A stretch of DNA of 64,000 nt. It comes from a virus. The notes under the pieces were generated by a model. That model saw only the letters and a list, made by a program, of their open reading frames with translations. It ran no database searches and was not told where the DNA came from. Shown here piece after piece: positions 9,573-19,721 of this stretch. The position numbers and the translations under genes were made by a program. The DNA lies in the IMG/VR virus record IMGVR_UViG_3300036985_002546, positions 7,812 to 71,811 of that record, one strand, 5' to 3'. Each line of letters begins with the position of its first letter. Position 1 is the first letter of the stretch.

Positions 9573-10766
9573 GTTTCTACCCTTCTTCCTTATTTATTGT
9601 TGAGTATTTCTTCTGCAAGAGGCAGAACACTCTGCCCAAGTTTGAGTATATTCAAGGAAGAGTTTGTATCTCTGTCGTGTATTGTATTACAATTTGAACA
9701 TACCCATTCTCTTATTCCAAGACCTGCGATACCTTTCGGCCTCGACTCAGGTAGAGTACCACAAGTCGAACAGGTTTGGGTTGTAAATTTTTCGTTGACA
9801 ATTTTGAAATAAGCTTGATGCCTACTGGCTTTATACTCAAGCATAGTTCTAAACTTGTACCAACTTGAATTCATTACACTTTTAGCTAAGTGTGTCTTTG
9901 CAAGTTTGGTAGAGTTTACATTGCCTACGATTATTGTTTTGTTTTCTGCTGCTATTTTATGACTAGCTTTGTGTAAGAAATCCTTTCGTATATTTTTAAT
10001 TTTAGCGTGTATTGCTTTTACTCTTTTTTTATTGTGTGCTCTTTGTGCTACAGCTAATTTCTCTTCGTATTTGTAGTAAGTCTTTGGATTCTCTATCTTT
10101 TCTCCGGTAGACAAGGTAGCGAGTGTCTTTAATCCTAGGTCTATACCTACTTCACCTGTACCTGTAGGTAAATTAGGTACATCTACATACAAACATACAT
10201 ACCACTTACCTTGTGAATCCTCTACAAAACTACCTCCAGTAACTTTGTTTGGAATAGGTCTACGTTTAATTCCAAATAACTTAAAGATATTACCTAGATA
10301 GGATATAGAGTCTGTACCTACTTGTCTAGACTGTTCTTGGAAAGGAATCCAACCTAGAGATTTCTTGGATCCAAAACTAACTCTAAATTTAGGACATTTC
10401 TTGTGTTGATTTCTACTCTGTACAAATTGTTTGCATATACATTTAGATGTCTGTGCGTGTATTCCTAATTCTTTCGAGGTACCTTTTGTTAGAGATCCTA
10501 AATCAAAAAAACTAAGCCAATGTGTATTAGATCCTTGCTTATACAACAATTGTGTTTTCTTTTGTGTAGCTACACAAAAATTCCACACCTGATTTACAGA
10601 AAAAGACATACGTGACAAGATATTAATCTTGTTTTTGTCCTTAATTCTATATTTATAAGTAAGAATCATAGTTATGACTAATATATTAAAACAGTATTAA
10701 TAACGCAGTGTTTACTATACCTTAATTTTCAAAATTTAAACTTACTAGAGCATATAAATTCATGTT
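9562..10766 (-). mobile_element. TnpB-only insertion bounded by a 14-bp imperfect direct repeat
   Basis: TATAAATTCGTGTT (9562..9575) versus TATAAATTCATGTT (10753..10766); no tnpA; interrupts the D-E junction that is intact at 5972/5973. Confidence 0.75.
9590..10669 (-). CDS. tnpB: TnpB RNA-guided endonuclease (IS200/IS605/IS607 family)
   Basis: N-terminal TYKYRI, GIDLGLK (RuvC-I), VNEKFTTQTCSTCG and CSNC zinc finger, HDRDTNS (RuvC-III); GGCAGA-GTGT-TCTGCC hairpin in the 3' end where the omega-RNA is expected. Confidence 0.95.
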   Translation of the reverse strand: MILTYKYRIKDKNKINILSRMSFSVNQVWNFCVATQKKTQLLYKQGSNTHWLSFFDLGSLTKGTSKELGIHAQTSKCICKQFVQSRNQHKKCPKFRVSFGSKKSLGWIPFQEQSRQVGTDSISYLGNIFKLFGIKRRPIPNKVTGGSFVEDSQGKWYVCLYVDVPNLPTGTGEVGIDLGLKTLATLSTGEKIENPKTYYKYEEKLAVAQRAHNKKRVKAIHAKIKNIRKDFLHKASHKIAAENKTIIVGNVNSTKLAKTHLAKSVMNSSWYKFRTMLEYKASRHQAYFKIVNEKFTTQTCSTCGTLPESRPKGIAGLGIREWVCSNCNTIHDRDTNSSLNILKLGQSVLPLAEEILNNK

Positions 10767-11880
10767 AATTTACCGTATTAATGATGCGTATTTCAGCAAC
10801 ACCCAACTCTATAGAATCTAAAGATGATGCTGGACTGTTGACCCATATGTGTACTTCATAGAATTTGGAGGAATTTTTTAAATTACCTGAACTACTTCCT
10901 ATTGTTAGAGTAGAACTTTGTATGCTTAGTGTTGTAGAGCTGAAAGTTAAAGTAGCTACCGTTTCTGAATCTGACACGTTTATTAATCTTACATTTCCGG
11001 TTATTCCACTGTTACCCATTAAACCTGTAGCCCTAAACACAGCTGACATAGTCGTGCCTGCCACAGTAAAATCACTTGGATTAACTTCTATCACACCGAC
11101 TATTAGGTGTGTATCTGAGTAATAACTTTTATTTATTCCGCATAAAATAGGATTAATTAATTTATTAGTCGACGCACCAATACCACCTGCTGTGGAAGCT
11201 ATAGTTAGTGTTTGATCTGTACCTGGAGTACTAGGTGTTAACGTTATATTAGTACCAGCTGCTAGCTTTCCGTAAAGATATCCTAGAGTTGTGTCACTGG
11301 ATGATACAGTTGCCAGACCATCAGAGGAAATTTTTATATTTTCGTTAAAACCTGCATTCTGTTTAGTTAACGTTACTCCATCACCCTCAACTAATTTATC
11401 CCAAAGAAATCCAGATGTTGTGTCATTTGTAGTAATTTTTACTTTATTAGTTCCTACAGTAACTGTAGACAATGCAGCGTCAGTTTGACGCATAAATAAC
11501 GTTTGATCTGTATGCCATCCTTTAGTATTACCATCACCATCATATTGCGTTAATTCGTTATACGCCGGAATCCTTGCGGTAGTATAACTTAATGCAACGG
11601 CAATGATTTCCTCAGACGAAGAAATTCCGTTTACTAAACAATTAACTCTGTAAGATCCCGTAACATCAGGAGAAAATGTCGCGGTAGGTGTTGATGCTCC
11701 TGATAATGAAGCGGTAGAAGTAACTGGAGTATCTAAGAACGTCCAAATGTAGGTAGCGCCTACATTGGCTGTTTCGGCATCTGTAAGTGTTACTGTTTCT
11801 CCAATAATAAGATCTTTTCTGCCGTGTCCAGTGATAGTACCAGAACTAGAACCAGTACTTCTTATTATCGGTGTAGCCAT
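10765..11880 (-). CDS. Type-D protein (371 aa): PKD/Ig-like domain plus two DTT.G.L..KL fibre units
   Basis: Paralog of 5973..6959; directly follows the tail fibre gene. Confidence 0.7.
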   Translation of the reverse strand: MATPIIRSTGSSSGTITGHGRKDLIIGETVTLTDAETANVGATYIWTFLDTPVTSTASLSGASTPTATFSPDVTGSYRVNCLVNGISSSEEIIAVALSYTTARIPAYNELTQYDGDGNTKGWHTDQTLFMRQTDAALSTVTVGTNKVKITTNDTTSGFLWDKLVEGDGVTLTKQNAGFNENIKISSDGLATVSSSDTTLGYLYGKLAAGTNITLTPSTPGTDQTLTIASTAGGIGASTNKLINPILCGINKSYYSDTHLIVGVIEVNPSDFTVAGTTMSAVFRATGLMGNSGITGNVRLINVSDSETVATLTFSSTTLSIQSSTLTIGSSSGNLKNSSKFYEVHIWVNSPASSLDSIELGVAEIRIINTVN

Positions 11881-11895
11881 GGAATTATCTCTAAA

Positions 11896-14800
11896 TTAGA
11901 TGTGTATGTGTGCTCTAAAGTTTAATCCGATATCCGAATATCCGGTAGGTGCCGCAAATGGATTTCCACCTTCTGTGTCTGTGGTAGCTTGTGTTCCAGA
12001 ATCTGCTAAAAATGTCCCGTTCCTTTCTATGGCAAATCCGTCTCCGCTAGTCCAAGTTGCACCACTAACCACAGAGCAGACATTGGCGTATATTATACTG
12101 TGTGATGAACCCCATGTAGTAGGTACTCTAATTCCGTGTGCATATACCCTGTTAGTAGATGCATCTGCACCCCAGTAGCACACGTTACCTATAATTGATC
12201 CTACGACGTACTCTGGACCGCTAGAAGAGGGTACCTGTGATGCATCAATACAACAAGCGTCAGAGTTAGTATAACCTTTATAGATTACTGTATTTCCATT
12301 TATGTTAAACCACTTTTTATTTACAATAATGCCTGCATTGCTAGCAGCATTACCACTGATTAATATAGAATTTCCTGTAATAAAGTTACTTATACCTGCA
12401 ACATTAATACCTTGGTGTGGTGCATCTATGAAATTACCTTTTACAGTTACTTGAGGAGTTAGGGCAATAGTCACACCTGTTACGGTTACAGCAACTGCGC
12501 TAGTATAACTTAATGATATGTTGTTATCATTAATTAGTGTTGACGATAACTCATCGGTAGCAAGAACGTTAACACCCGTTTTTCCTGTATTTATTAAATT
12601 TCCTAATATGGAACAGTTCGATATAGAACCTACTGTATTGATTATTGAAACTGCATTACAGTACGGGTTATTAGAATCAATACTGTTGTTTTTGATAGTA
12701 ATCATATCCACTAATGACGCAGCTGTTAATAAACCTATACCGTGTACTACAACACCATACGGTGACGTGATACCCTTGATTTGGTTATTACTTATAGTTA
12801 TGCTTGTGCTATTTGTATCTAAATTTAAGAGTAAACTACTGATCCCAGTAGCTGTTGCACTAGTGTTACCGATAGTATGTATTTGGTTGTTGTTTTCTGT
12901 GATATTTATTAGCTCTCCCGTCAAGAAAATACCACTACAAGTACTATTAGTAGTTCCTAAACCTGAAGTACCTAAATGATCTATTTGGTTGTTAGATACA
13001 CTAAGTTCATTACATGTATCTGCATAGATACCATAACAAGTAGAATCTACGCCACTAGAGGTTGGATTGATGTTAGTGATTAAATTGTTCGATATAGAAA
13101 CTCGCTCTACTTCTTGTAATTCAATTCCACATGCGTTAGTTGTACCCCATACAGTGTCTAATTGGTTGTTACTGATTATTGTATCAGTTACAGATGGAGC
13201 ACTTATAAGAGAAATGCCTTTTGAGTTAGCAGCAGAAGTTTTTAATGAGTTAATATTGTTGCTACTAATCTCAGTCTTTGTGCATGTACTTTCAATTAAA
13301 ATTCCAGTTAGATTAACACCGAGTGTTGTGGTGGCTCCTATAGAATTGTTTGTGATGTTTGTTTTGGATATATAACTGGATGAAGTTCCATAAATACTGT
13401 TTACACAGTCTGTTATCGTGTTGTTTGCTACAGTACAAGCAGTACTACCATCCAGAATAATACCTTGAGCAGTAGTACTGGATGCCCCAGCTTTACAGAT
13501 TATGGTATTTCCTAACACATCACAGTTTGTTGGTTCGTTGTATAAATAAATACCAGTAGATGTGCCGCCTAAATACACGATATTATTTTGTATTCTACAT
13601 GTATCGGCTTTAGGCATCAATAGGGCATTTACAAACGGAACACCACCACTAAACGGATAGATAAACGTACAGTCTTCAATAGAAATACTTTGGGCACCAC
13701 CTGTAGCATCGGTACTGTTGATATACACTGCATGGTCTATAGCAGTACCAGTACTTGTAGAGCCAAAAATACAATTTCTAAGAGATACGTTAGAAGCTAC
13801 TCCTGCTTTTACAATACAGTCTGATGCGCTTACACCTGTTGATTGTGTAAACTTTACGTTGTCAAATACACAGTCTATTAGTGCTGTAACGTTAATTGGT
13901 TGTGTAGTCGAACCAATTACAACCTGACTAAAAGTTGAACTAGTGTTAAGATTTCCGCCTATACCACCTAAATCACAGTTATATGCGTTTATTTTACCAG
14001 TTCCGATAAAACACGCTGTTAGCGTGCTATAAGATACAGGTGCCCACATTATATTTTCTATTGTTAAGGATGTGGTTCGCGTTAGAGTAGCGGAAGAATG
14101 TGCAGGATTTACAATTGTTCTATTGCGTGATTCACCAACGATATGAATTGGTACTGTTGCTGTTAAACCTGTAGTTAAACTGTAGGTACCGTCTTTTATG
14201 TAGAGCGTTCCTCCACCCCTTGTGTTTAGGTAAGCTACAGCGTTTGTAAACGCTGTATTAACAGATACTGCGTTGGTATTAAAATCACCGAATGTGTTAA
14301 CACCATCACCTATAGAAACAGATACGCTTCTAGACGGGATAACACCACTGGATGGTGAATAGTATCTATTATTAGTTGTAAATGGACCAAGAGGTGGTGC
14401 AGTGTTGCCTAGTGTGGTGTTTTGTGACGCACCAAATTTTAGCTCTCTAATCTGACTTGATAGGTGGTCAATATAGTTTTTAAGTGATTTAAGTTCAGTA
14501 TCTGTACGAGTGTCTCCTACATCATTAGGATCTAGTCCGAGTAAATAACCTGTATTTTCATCCCCTGAAAAGAAGTGTGTTCGTTGGTCTAGTGATCCAG
14601 TTCCCTGTGTAGTAAGAAATACTGAACCAGTAACAGAGCAGCGGCTACCAATTGGGTGTGTGTTGCCTGGTGAGGAACCTAGTGTTAGAATACCATTTTC
14701 CTGATCGTTAGTACTTATTGTGACTGTCTCTGCAAGTCCCGTGCCAGGAGAGAGAACTAATGAAAAAGAATCTACGGGTAATTCTCTGGAGTTGGTAACA

Positions 14801-15414
14801 TAGATCTTAGAACTTGACGGTGTAACGGCTTGCAGTAGTACGGAACTTATAGAGTGTGTAGTTCCTGTTATTACACCACCAGCTACTATGACTTTAGCTA
14901 CCGGTATTTTAAGTGAATTTGGGTTTGTGTCAAGTTCAAACCCAGATGTAGAGATAGGGCTAACAATCTGCCAATCCGGAGTTATCCTGGTAGAAACGTT
15001 GTCGTTAACTTCCCTACCTTTTGGTCTCGCGTCACCCGATGGATCAGAACCGTTGGAATATGTAGGATCCCAAAAACCTCTCGAATCAGAATCTGAAGCT
15101 GTTTGGGTATAAATAACTTCTACGTAATAAGTATTATTTGACGTAAAGGTTATATCCCGTTTTGCTGCAAAATCGTCTTCATTATTGATTATTTGACCGT
15201 CTCTGTCAAATGCTACACCGTTATAAACTGTGATCCATTTAGTCGCTGCGTCAGTTACTTGAACTCTAAAACCATCTAGTACTACAGGTTTATTATCAAG
15301 TATAGTGCGTTCAGCTAAATGTTTTTGTCCATCTACAGACAAACCTACAGTTTGTTGTGTTAAGTCCGTAATATCTATACGAAGATTAGGGGATAAATTT
15401 ACTTGTTTAGGCAT
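11896..15414 (-). CDS. Tail fibre/spike with right-handed parallel beta-helix (pectin-lyase fold), putative depolymerase
   Basis: GGGTLYIKDGTY...IHIVGE helix cap followed by many I.NN.I / GI repeats; follows the baseplate genes. Confidence 0.8.
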   Translation of the reverse strand: MPKQVNLSPNLRIDITDLTQQTVGLSVDGQKHLAERTILDNKPVVLDGFRVQVTDAATKWITVYNGVAFDRDGQIINNEDDFAAKRDITFTSNNTYYVEVIYTQTASDSDSRGFWDPTYSNGSDPSGDARPKGREVNDNVSTRITPDWQIVSPISTSGFELDTNPNSLKIPVAKVIVAGGVITGTTHSISSVLLQAVTPSSSKIYVTNSRELPVDSFSLVLSPGTGLAETVTISTNDQENGILTLGSSPGNTHPIGSRCSVTGSVFLTTQGTGSLDQRTHFFSGDENTGYLLGLDPNDVGDTRTDTELKSLKNYIDHLSSQIRELKFGASQNTTLGNTAPPLGPFTTNNRYYSPSSGVIPSRSVSVSIGDGVNTFGDFNTNAVSVNTAFTNAVAYLNTRGGGTLYIKDGTYSLTTGLTATVPIHIVGESRNRTIVNPAHSSATLTRTTSLTIENIMWAPVSYSTLTACFIGTGKINAYNCDLGGIGGNLNTSSTFSQVVIGSTTQPINVTALIDCVFDNVKFTQSTGVSASDCIVKAGVASNVSLRNCIFGSTSTGTAIDHAVYINSTDATGGAQSISIEDCTFIYPFSGGVPFVNALLMPKADTCRIQNNIVYLGGTSTGIYLYNEPTNCDVLGNTIICKAGASSTTAQGIILDGSTACTVANNTITDCVNSIYGTSSSYISKTNITNNSIGATTTLGVNLTGILIESTCTKTEISSNNINSLKTSAANSKGISLISAPSVTDTIISNNQLDTVWGTTNACGIELQEVERVSISNNLITNINPTSSGVDSTCYGIYADTCNELSVSNNQIDHLGTSGLGTTNSTCSGIFLTGELINITENNNQIHTIGNTSATATGISSLLLNLDTNSTSITISNNQIKGITSPYGVVVHGIGLLTAASLVDMITIKNNSIDSNNPYCNAVSIINTVGSISNCSILGNLINTGKTGVNVLATDELSSTLINDNNISLSYTSAVAVTVTGVTIALTPQVTVKGNFIDAPHQGINVAGISNFITGNSILISGNAASNAGIIVNKKWFNINGNTVIYKGYTNSDACCIDASQVPSSSGPEYVVGSIIGNVCYWGADASTNRVYAHGIRVPTTWGSSHSIIYANVCSVVSGATWTSGDGFAIERNGTFLADSGTQATTDTEGGNPFAAPTGYSDIGLNFRAHIHI

Positions 15415-17871
15415 TTATAATCCAACTGGTTGATCGTTAATAAACACTTTGACTCCTGCCGCTCTAATTAACTTTATTAAGTTCGCAAAAATCTTTACAG
15501 GTTCTGGTGACATGTGAAATCCGTAACCCGTCCCGTCATCAGCAGGAAGACACAAACCTGGACTGTAAATAATAGATTCACCAATATCATGTAGCGTATC
15601 AAAGATTATATCATCCGTAAATGTAAAACTCGTAGTTCCTTTATCATTATACGGCACTGTAATTGGATCACCACTGTGATACTCAACATATTGTCCGTCA
15701 GAAAACGAACCAACTAATGGACTTTGTAGCGTTAGTTGTTTAAGAGTTGTGTCATTGTCTGTTACCAGTGCGTATTCTTGCTGAGGTATTCCTTGTCCAA
15801 CGGTTATTTGGTAAGGATATCCGGTAGTTGGAAAAGCACTGGTACTGTCAAATTCTAAAATTGAAGAAGAAATTACTGTAGAAATCTTTTGACGAACATT
15901 AGGTCTACCTGACCCAAAATTCAGCCAAATTACACCCGATGAAGGAAAACTTGAGGCGGACACTACATCTACTGTATTTACTATTTTTTCAATTTTTGCG
16001 TTGACAGCATGTGATAACAATAATGGTTCCGTAGTTATAACGTCATGCACCAATTCTACAGGTTCACCTGAACTGTGTGTAATTGTAGGTGTAGTATACA
16101 TAGTTAACGATCCAGGGGAACCTACAACAACTGAAAGTACTTTTAGTATTTCTTCGTTCGCATTGCCTCTATCAATTATTACGTTATAGCCACAAGGAGC
16201 ACCACTGATTGGACTCCGTGGAAATAAAGATGTACTCGCACAATTCACTACACTACCTGCTACAGATGTTACAGTTGTAACTGTAGCTACTTTCGTAGCG
16301 GTAAAGGTAGCTCTAACAGGTTCGTCTATCTCAGAATTTCTACCAACTTTTACGTTATAAAATGGAGATGGTGTGGGCCACAAAGAAATATCGTCTACTT
16401 CTATGCACGTCTGTGTAGGTGTTGCAGCTACTTGAATAATAGCCGCAGGTGGAATTCGTGAAGCTAGGGTAGTACTAACCATAGATCTACCATACTGCGT
16501 AGTGTCATAGAGATATGGTCCAGACCACTCAGGTGAAGAATTTATACTACCACCAGAAGTTCTTAAATTTCCTTTTTCTAATGAAGTTCCTAAATATGAA
16601 ACTGGTATAGAAGCAACAGGATCACCTGATGTAACATCAGCAGGTAATCCATTTGTTAGTTTAAAGTGTGTAGCATCAACTATATGTAAATATTGAACAG
16701 TGTGTACTCCGTCTATTAATAACGCACCAGTACCTTCCCTAAAACTAGAAGTTGATGTTACTTGTATTACCGTGTCTCCTGTTGTTCCGTTAGCTGTTAA
16801 GGTAGTGGAAACAGCAGCTGGTGATGTAGCGTGTAAGAATGATGCGTCAGTTAAACGATTAACGATACTCTCTGGTGTAAGATAAATTTTGACACGACGT
16901 GGTTCTGGTTGTGTAATACTCCAGTTTTTACCTCGTTGAATAATGTTCAGCGTAGAGACAACAGAACCTGGAGTTACTAGTTCGACTGATTCTCCCACGG
17001 AATGAATGTCAACTGTAGGCCAATTAAGGTTTAAAACTGAGTTGATAACATCGTTTGATATAAATTCAACTACTTCTTCAGTCACACCAGCAGAATTTAA
17101 CCTAACAAATCCAGAGGTACCAAATACCCTCGTTTTGTTAGCATCTAACTGTATAAACATACTTTTTGCTGGACTATCCTCATTTACATAGGTCCTAATA
17201 AATCCCTTGGATTTTGAGCCAATGTGCTCTTTTGTAGTTACGTTTTGTAAAGTTAAAACACCAGTTCCTCTGTTGTTGTTAGTAACAACTAGTAATTCTT
17301 CGTTTTTCTCACCCTGATCTATAATTATTGCATAAGGGTATCCAGAATTTGGTAACTCTGTTGTATTGTAGAGTGTTAACGTTCCAGATCCAACCGACGC
17401 CGTTACCTTTAAATAATTAAATGCCGAAACTACAACCGTGTGTGCATTAGCTAGTTTCGAGTCTAAGTATATGTAATTATTAGATAAGTCTCTATACCCA
17501 AAATCTAAGGTTTCTTCTGACGTAAGACCAGGATCTATAGTTATAGTTCCTATCTGCAATAGATTTTCGCTGTTTGTAGTCTGGAGTATCTGGTCATCTG
17601 ATAGAGAATTTAATGATAAGTGTGCAATTCTACTTTTTTGTGGACCTGCAACAACTTCTAATGCACGATAAAAAATGTTTTCAATTAGTTTTGGTTGTAA
17701 CGCAATAGACTTAACAAAAGCTCTCCACTCATCATCAGCCCCACTAATAACAGGTCTATTTAACCCTAAATTTGCTGACGTAACATTTAAATAGATATCA
17801 TCAGCTGTATCTAAAAACAGCTGATCCCTCATCTCACGAATAGCGCTTTGTTTCTTATCGTTGGCTCCCAT
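15415..17871 (-). CDS. Baseplate wedge subunit (gpI-like) with repeated inserted beta domains
   Basis: N-terminal LDTA...YL....NLGL.RP....DDEWR and C-terminal IRAAGVKV; follows baseplate J. Confidence 0.7.
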   Translation of the reverse strand: MGANDKKQSAIREMRDQLFLDTADDIYLNVTSANLGLNRPVISGADDEWRAFVKSIALQPKLIENIFYRALEVVAGPQKSRIAHLSLNSLSDDQILQTTNSENLLQIGTITIDPGLTSEETLDFGYRDLSNNYIYLDSKLANAHTVVVSAFNYLKVTASVGSGTLTLYNTTELPNSGYPYAIIIDQGEKNEELLVVTNNNRGTGVLTLQNVTTKEHIGSKSKGFIRTYVNEDSPAKSMFIQLDANKTRVFGTSGFVRLNSAGVTEEVVEFISNDVINSVLNLNWPTVDIHSVGESVELVTPGSVVSTLNIIQRGKNWSITQPEPRRVKIYLTPESIVNRLTDASFLHATSPAAVSTTLTANGTTGDTVIQVTSTSSFREGTGALLIDGVHTVQYLHIVDATHFKLTNGLPADVTSGDPVASIPVSYLGTSLEKGNLRTSGGSINSSPEWSGPYLYDTTQYGRSMVSTTLASRIPPAAIIQVAATPTQTCIEVDDISLWPTPSPFYNVKVGRNSEIDEPVRATFTATKVATVTTVTSVAGSVVNCASTSLFPRSPISGAPCGYNVIIDRGNANEEILKVLSVVVGSPGSLTMYTTPTITHSSGEPVELVHDVITTEPLLLSHAVNAKIEKIVNTVDVVSASSFPSSGVIWLNFGSGRPNVRQKISTVISSSILEFDSTSAFPTTGYPYQITVGQGIPQQEYALVTDNDTTLKQLTLQSPLVGSFSDGQYVEYHSGDPITVPYNDKGTTSFTFTDDIIFDTLHDIGESIIYSPGLCLPADDGTGYGFHMSPEPVKIFANLIKLIRAAGVKVFINDQPVGL

Positions 17872-17878
17872 GGTATCC

Positions 17879-19717
17879 TTAATTTACTGTAACTAATGAA
17901 TTACCTAATGCGTCAACAGCTCTAGGAAGTTCGTTTTCAAGAACAACTAAGTTTGACGCTGGAAAGACTACAGAAACATCTTTTACACCTGTTACTTGCA
18001 TACATCGTCTAATGATTTCTGCAACTATAACATCTTGCCCAATACCAAGGGAATTTATATATCCCTCAATAGATTCTTTAACGCTAGACACTAGATTAAT
18101 TTCCTGATATCCAGACATTGCTGAAATAGCTATACGTACAGTAATGCGTCTAATAATGGGTGTTTCTACAACTACATGAACGCCTTTTGCAGCAATTCCA
18201 GGGTAATTCACTTGATCGTTAGGGTCTCCTGATAGTACTTTTTGTACTGTAGCGATAAGTCCTGTGTAGTATGTGTAGTTCGCTACAACCATAGAACCCA
18301 CAGCCAAGCCCGTTGCAAATTCCACATCTCCAGTACCACGGTCTACTCTATAGTGAGTACCTTCTGTTTGGAGTTGTACCCCAGCTAGTGTTCTAACCCA
18401 TATCTTCAATGAGCCTCTCACTACAGGAATACCTGTTAAGCGGAATCTACGTTCTCCTAATTCTGTGGATTCAGATAGTACGTCAACAAATACTACTTCG
18501 TCGCTGCTGTTGTGTGTGTTTGCTAGTGCGTCAACTAAAGTTATTTCATTTGGAGGTGCTGTACTATAATCTATAGCTGAATATTGTACAATCTCTGTTT
18601 GTGCATCATCGTCTGGTGAAACTAAAATATATCCTTCACTTGGAAATGTCGATACTCCCACTGCTTGTATCGCTAGGGATGTGTAGGAATCTAATGACGC
18701 AATTGGCAGAGTAACGGAGTCTGGTGCAAAACCTGTGCCATCATCTACGTACACAAGAACTTCATCCGGATCAAACAGCTCAATAATGCTAGCGGTTTGC
18801 ACCTTTTGTTCTGTAACGGGATCTGTAACACCTAGAGCTGCTTCAGTTAATGCTACTGTATTTCCCTTAGATAAACTCTGAATATGTTGGTAACCCCTGT
18901 CTCTAAAATCAGCATCGGTCTCAAGGTCTCTTCCGCCTGATATAGGGTTGGGGTTAGAGACTAGAGCACCGTCAAAGGCAGGAGATGATGCAAATTTTGT
19001 AATTTTTTGTGAGCCAACGTTACCTATAGTACCAGGAGTTTCACACTTAACTCGTATAGGTGTGGAGTAGTAGTTACCTGCAATAATCGTGCCATTTGTT
19101 GTAGATACAAAGGTAATGGCTGGGTTTGTTCCCGTTGCTTGTACTTGGACTCTAATACCGGTCCCTAATTGTATGTCGGTTCCGGAAACTAAGGTTACTC
19201 TCACGTTCCCCATTTCGGAGATATCGTATTCCTGCGTTAACGCTAAACTTAGTGTCAATTCACCGGTGGCCGTGTCATTAGCTGTGATTGTAGTATCTAA
19301 TACTTTTATTGTTCCTTCTCCTATTCGTATCGTCGCAGGAAATCCAGTAGTAGGGAATTTAGAGGAATCTTCAACAAGAATACTTGTTGCCCCTAAATTT
19401 GCTGTAAACGATAGAAGCGAGGATGGTTGATTATCATTTGCAACATACACTACTCCAGAAGACGGAGAAGCTTGTAGTGGCCTTAGATTGTACTCCTTTA
19501 ACCTGTCATATAGGTCTTGACCAGATGCAGTAGAGATGTTGAAAGAATCCAGTAACTGTGCCATTTGGTAATACTGTTCATCATCTTCTAGAGCAGCCGC
19601 TTCTACCATGGTGCGTATAACAGATCCAATTTGGAAATCAGTTAAATTAGTCTGCATGCGGATAAAATTCCACATGTCATCTCTAATTTGTGTGAACGTT
19701 CGTGGAGTAAAAGCCAT
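17879..19717 (-). CDS. Baseplate J/gp47-like wedge protein
   Basis: TDFQIGSVIRTMVEA, G..GNV, GGRDLETDADFR.R, YINSLGIGQDV. Confidence 0.9.
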   Translation of the reverse strand: MAFTPRTFTQIRDDMWNFIRMQTNLTDFQIGSVIRTMVEAAALEDDEQYYQMAQLLDSFNISTASGQDLYDRLKEYNLRPLQASPSSGVVYVANDNQPSSLLSFTANLGATSILVEDSSKFPTTGFPATIRIGEGTIKVLDTTITANDTATGELTLSLALTQEYDISEMGNVRVTLVSGTDIQLGTGIRVQVQATGTNPAITFVSTTNGTIIAGNYYSTPIRVKCETPGTIGNVGSQKITKFASSPAFDGALVSNPNPISGGRDLETDADFRDRGYQHIQSLSKGNTVALTEAALGVTDPVTEQKVQTASIIELFDPDEVLVYVDDGTGFAPDSVTLPIASLDSYTSLAIQAVGVSTFPSEGYILVSPDDDAQTEIVQYSAIDYSTAPPNEITLVDALANTHNSSDEVVFVDVLSESTELGERRFRLTGIPVVRGSLKIWVRTLAGVQLQTEGTHYRVDRGTGDVEFATGLAVGSMVVANYTYYTGLIATVQKVLSGDPNDQVNYPGIAAKGVHVVVETPIIRRITVRIAISAMSGYQEINLVSSVKESIEGYINSLGIGQDVIVAEIIRRCMQVTGVKDVSVVFPASNLVVLENELPRAVDALGNSLVTVN

Positions 19718-19721
19718 CTAA

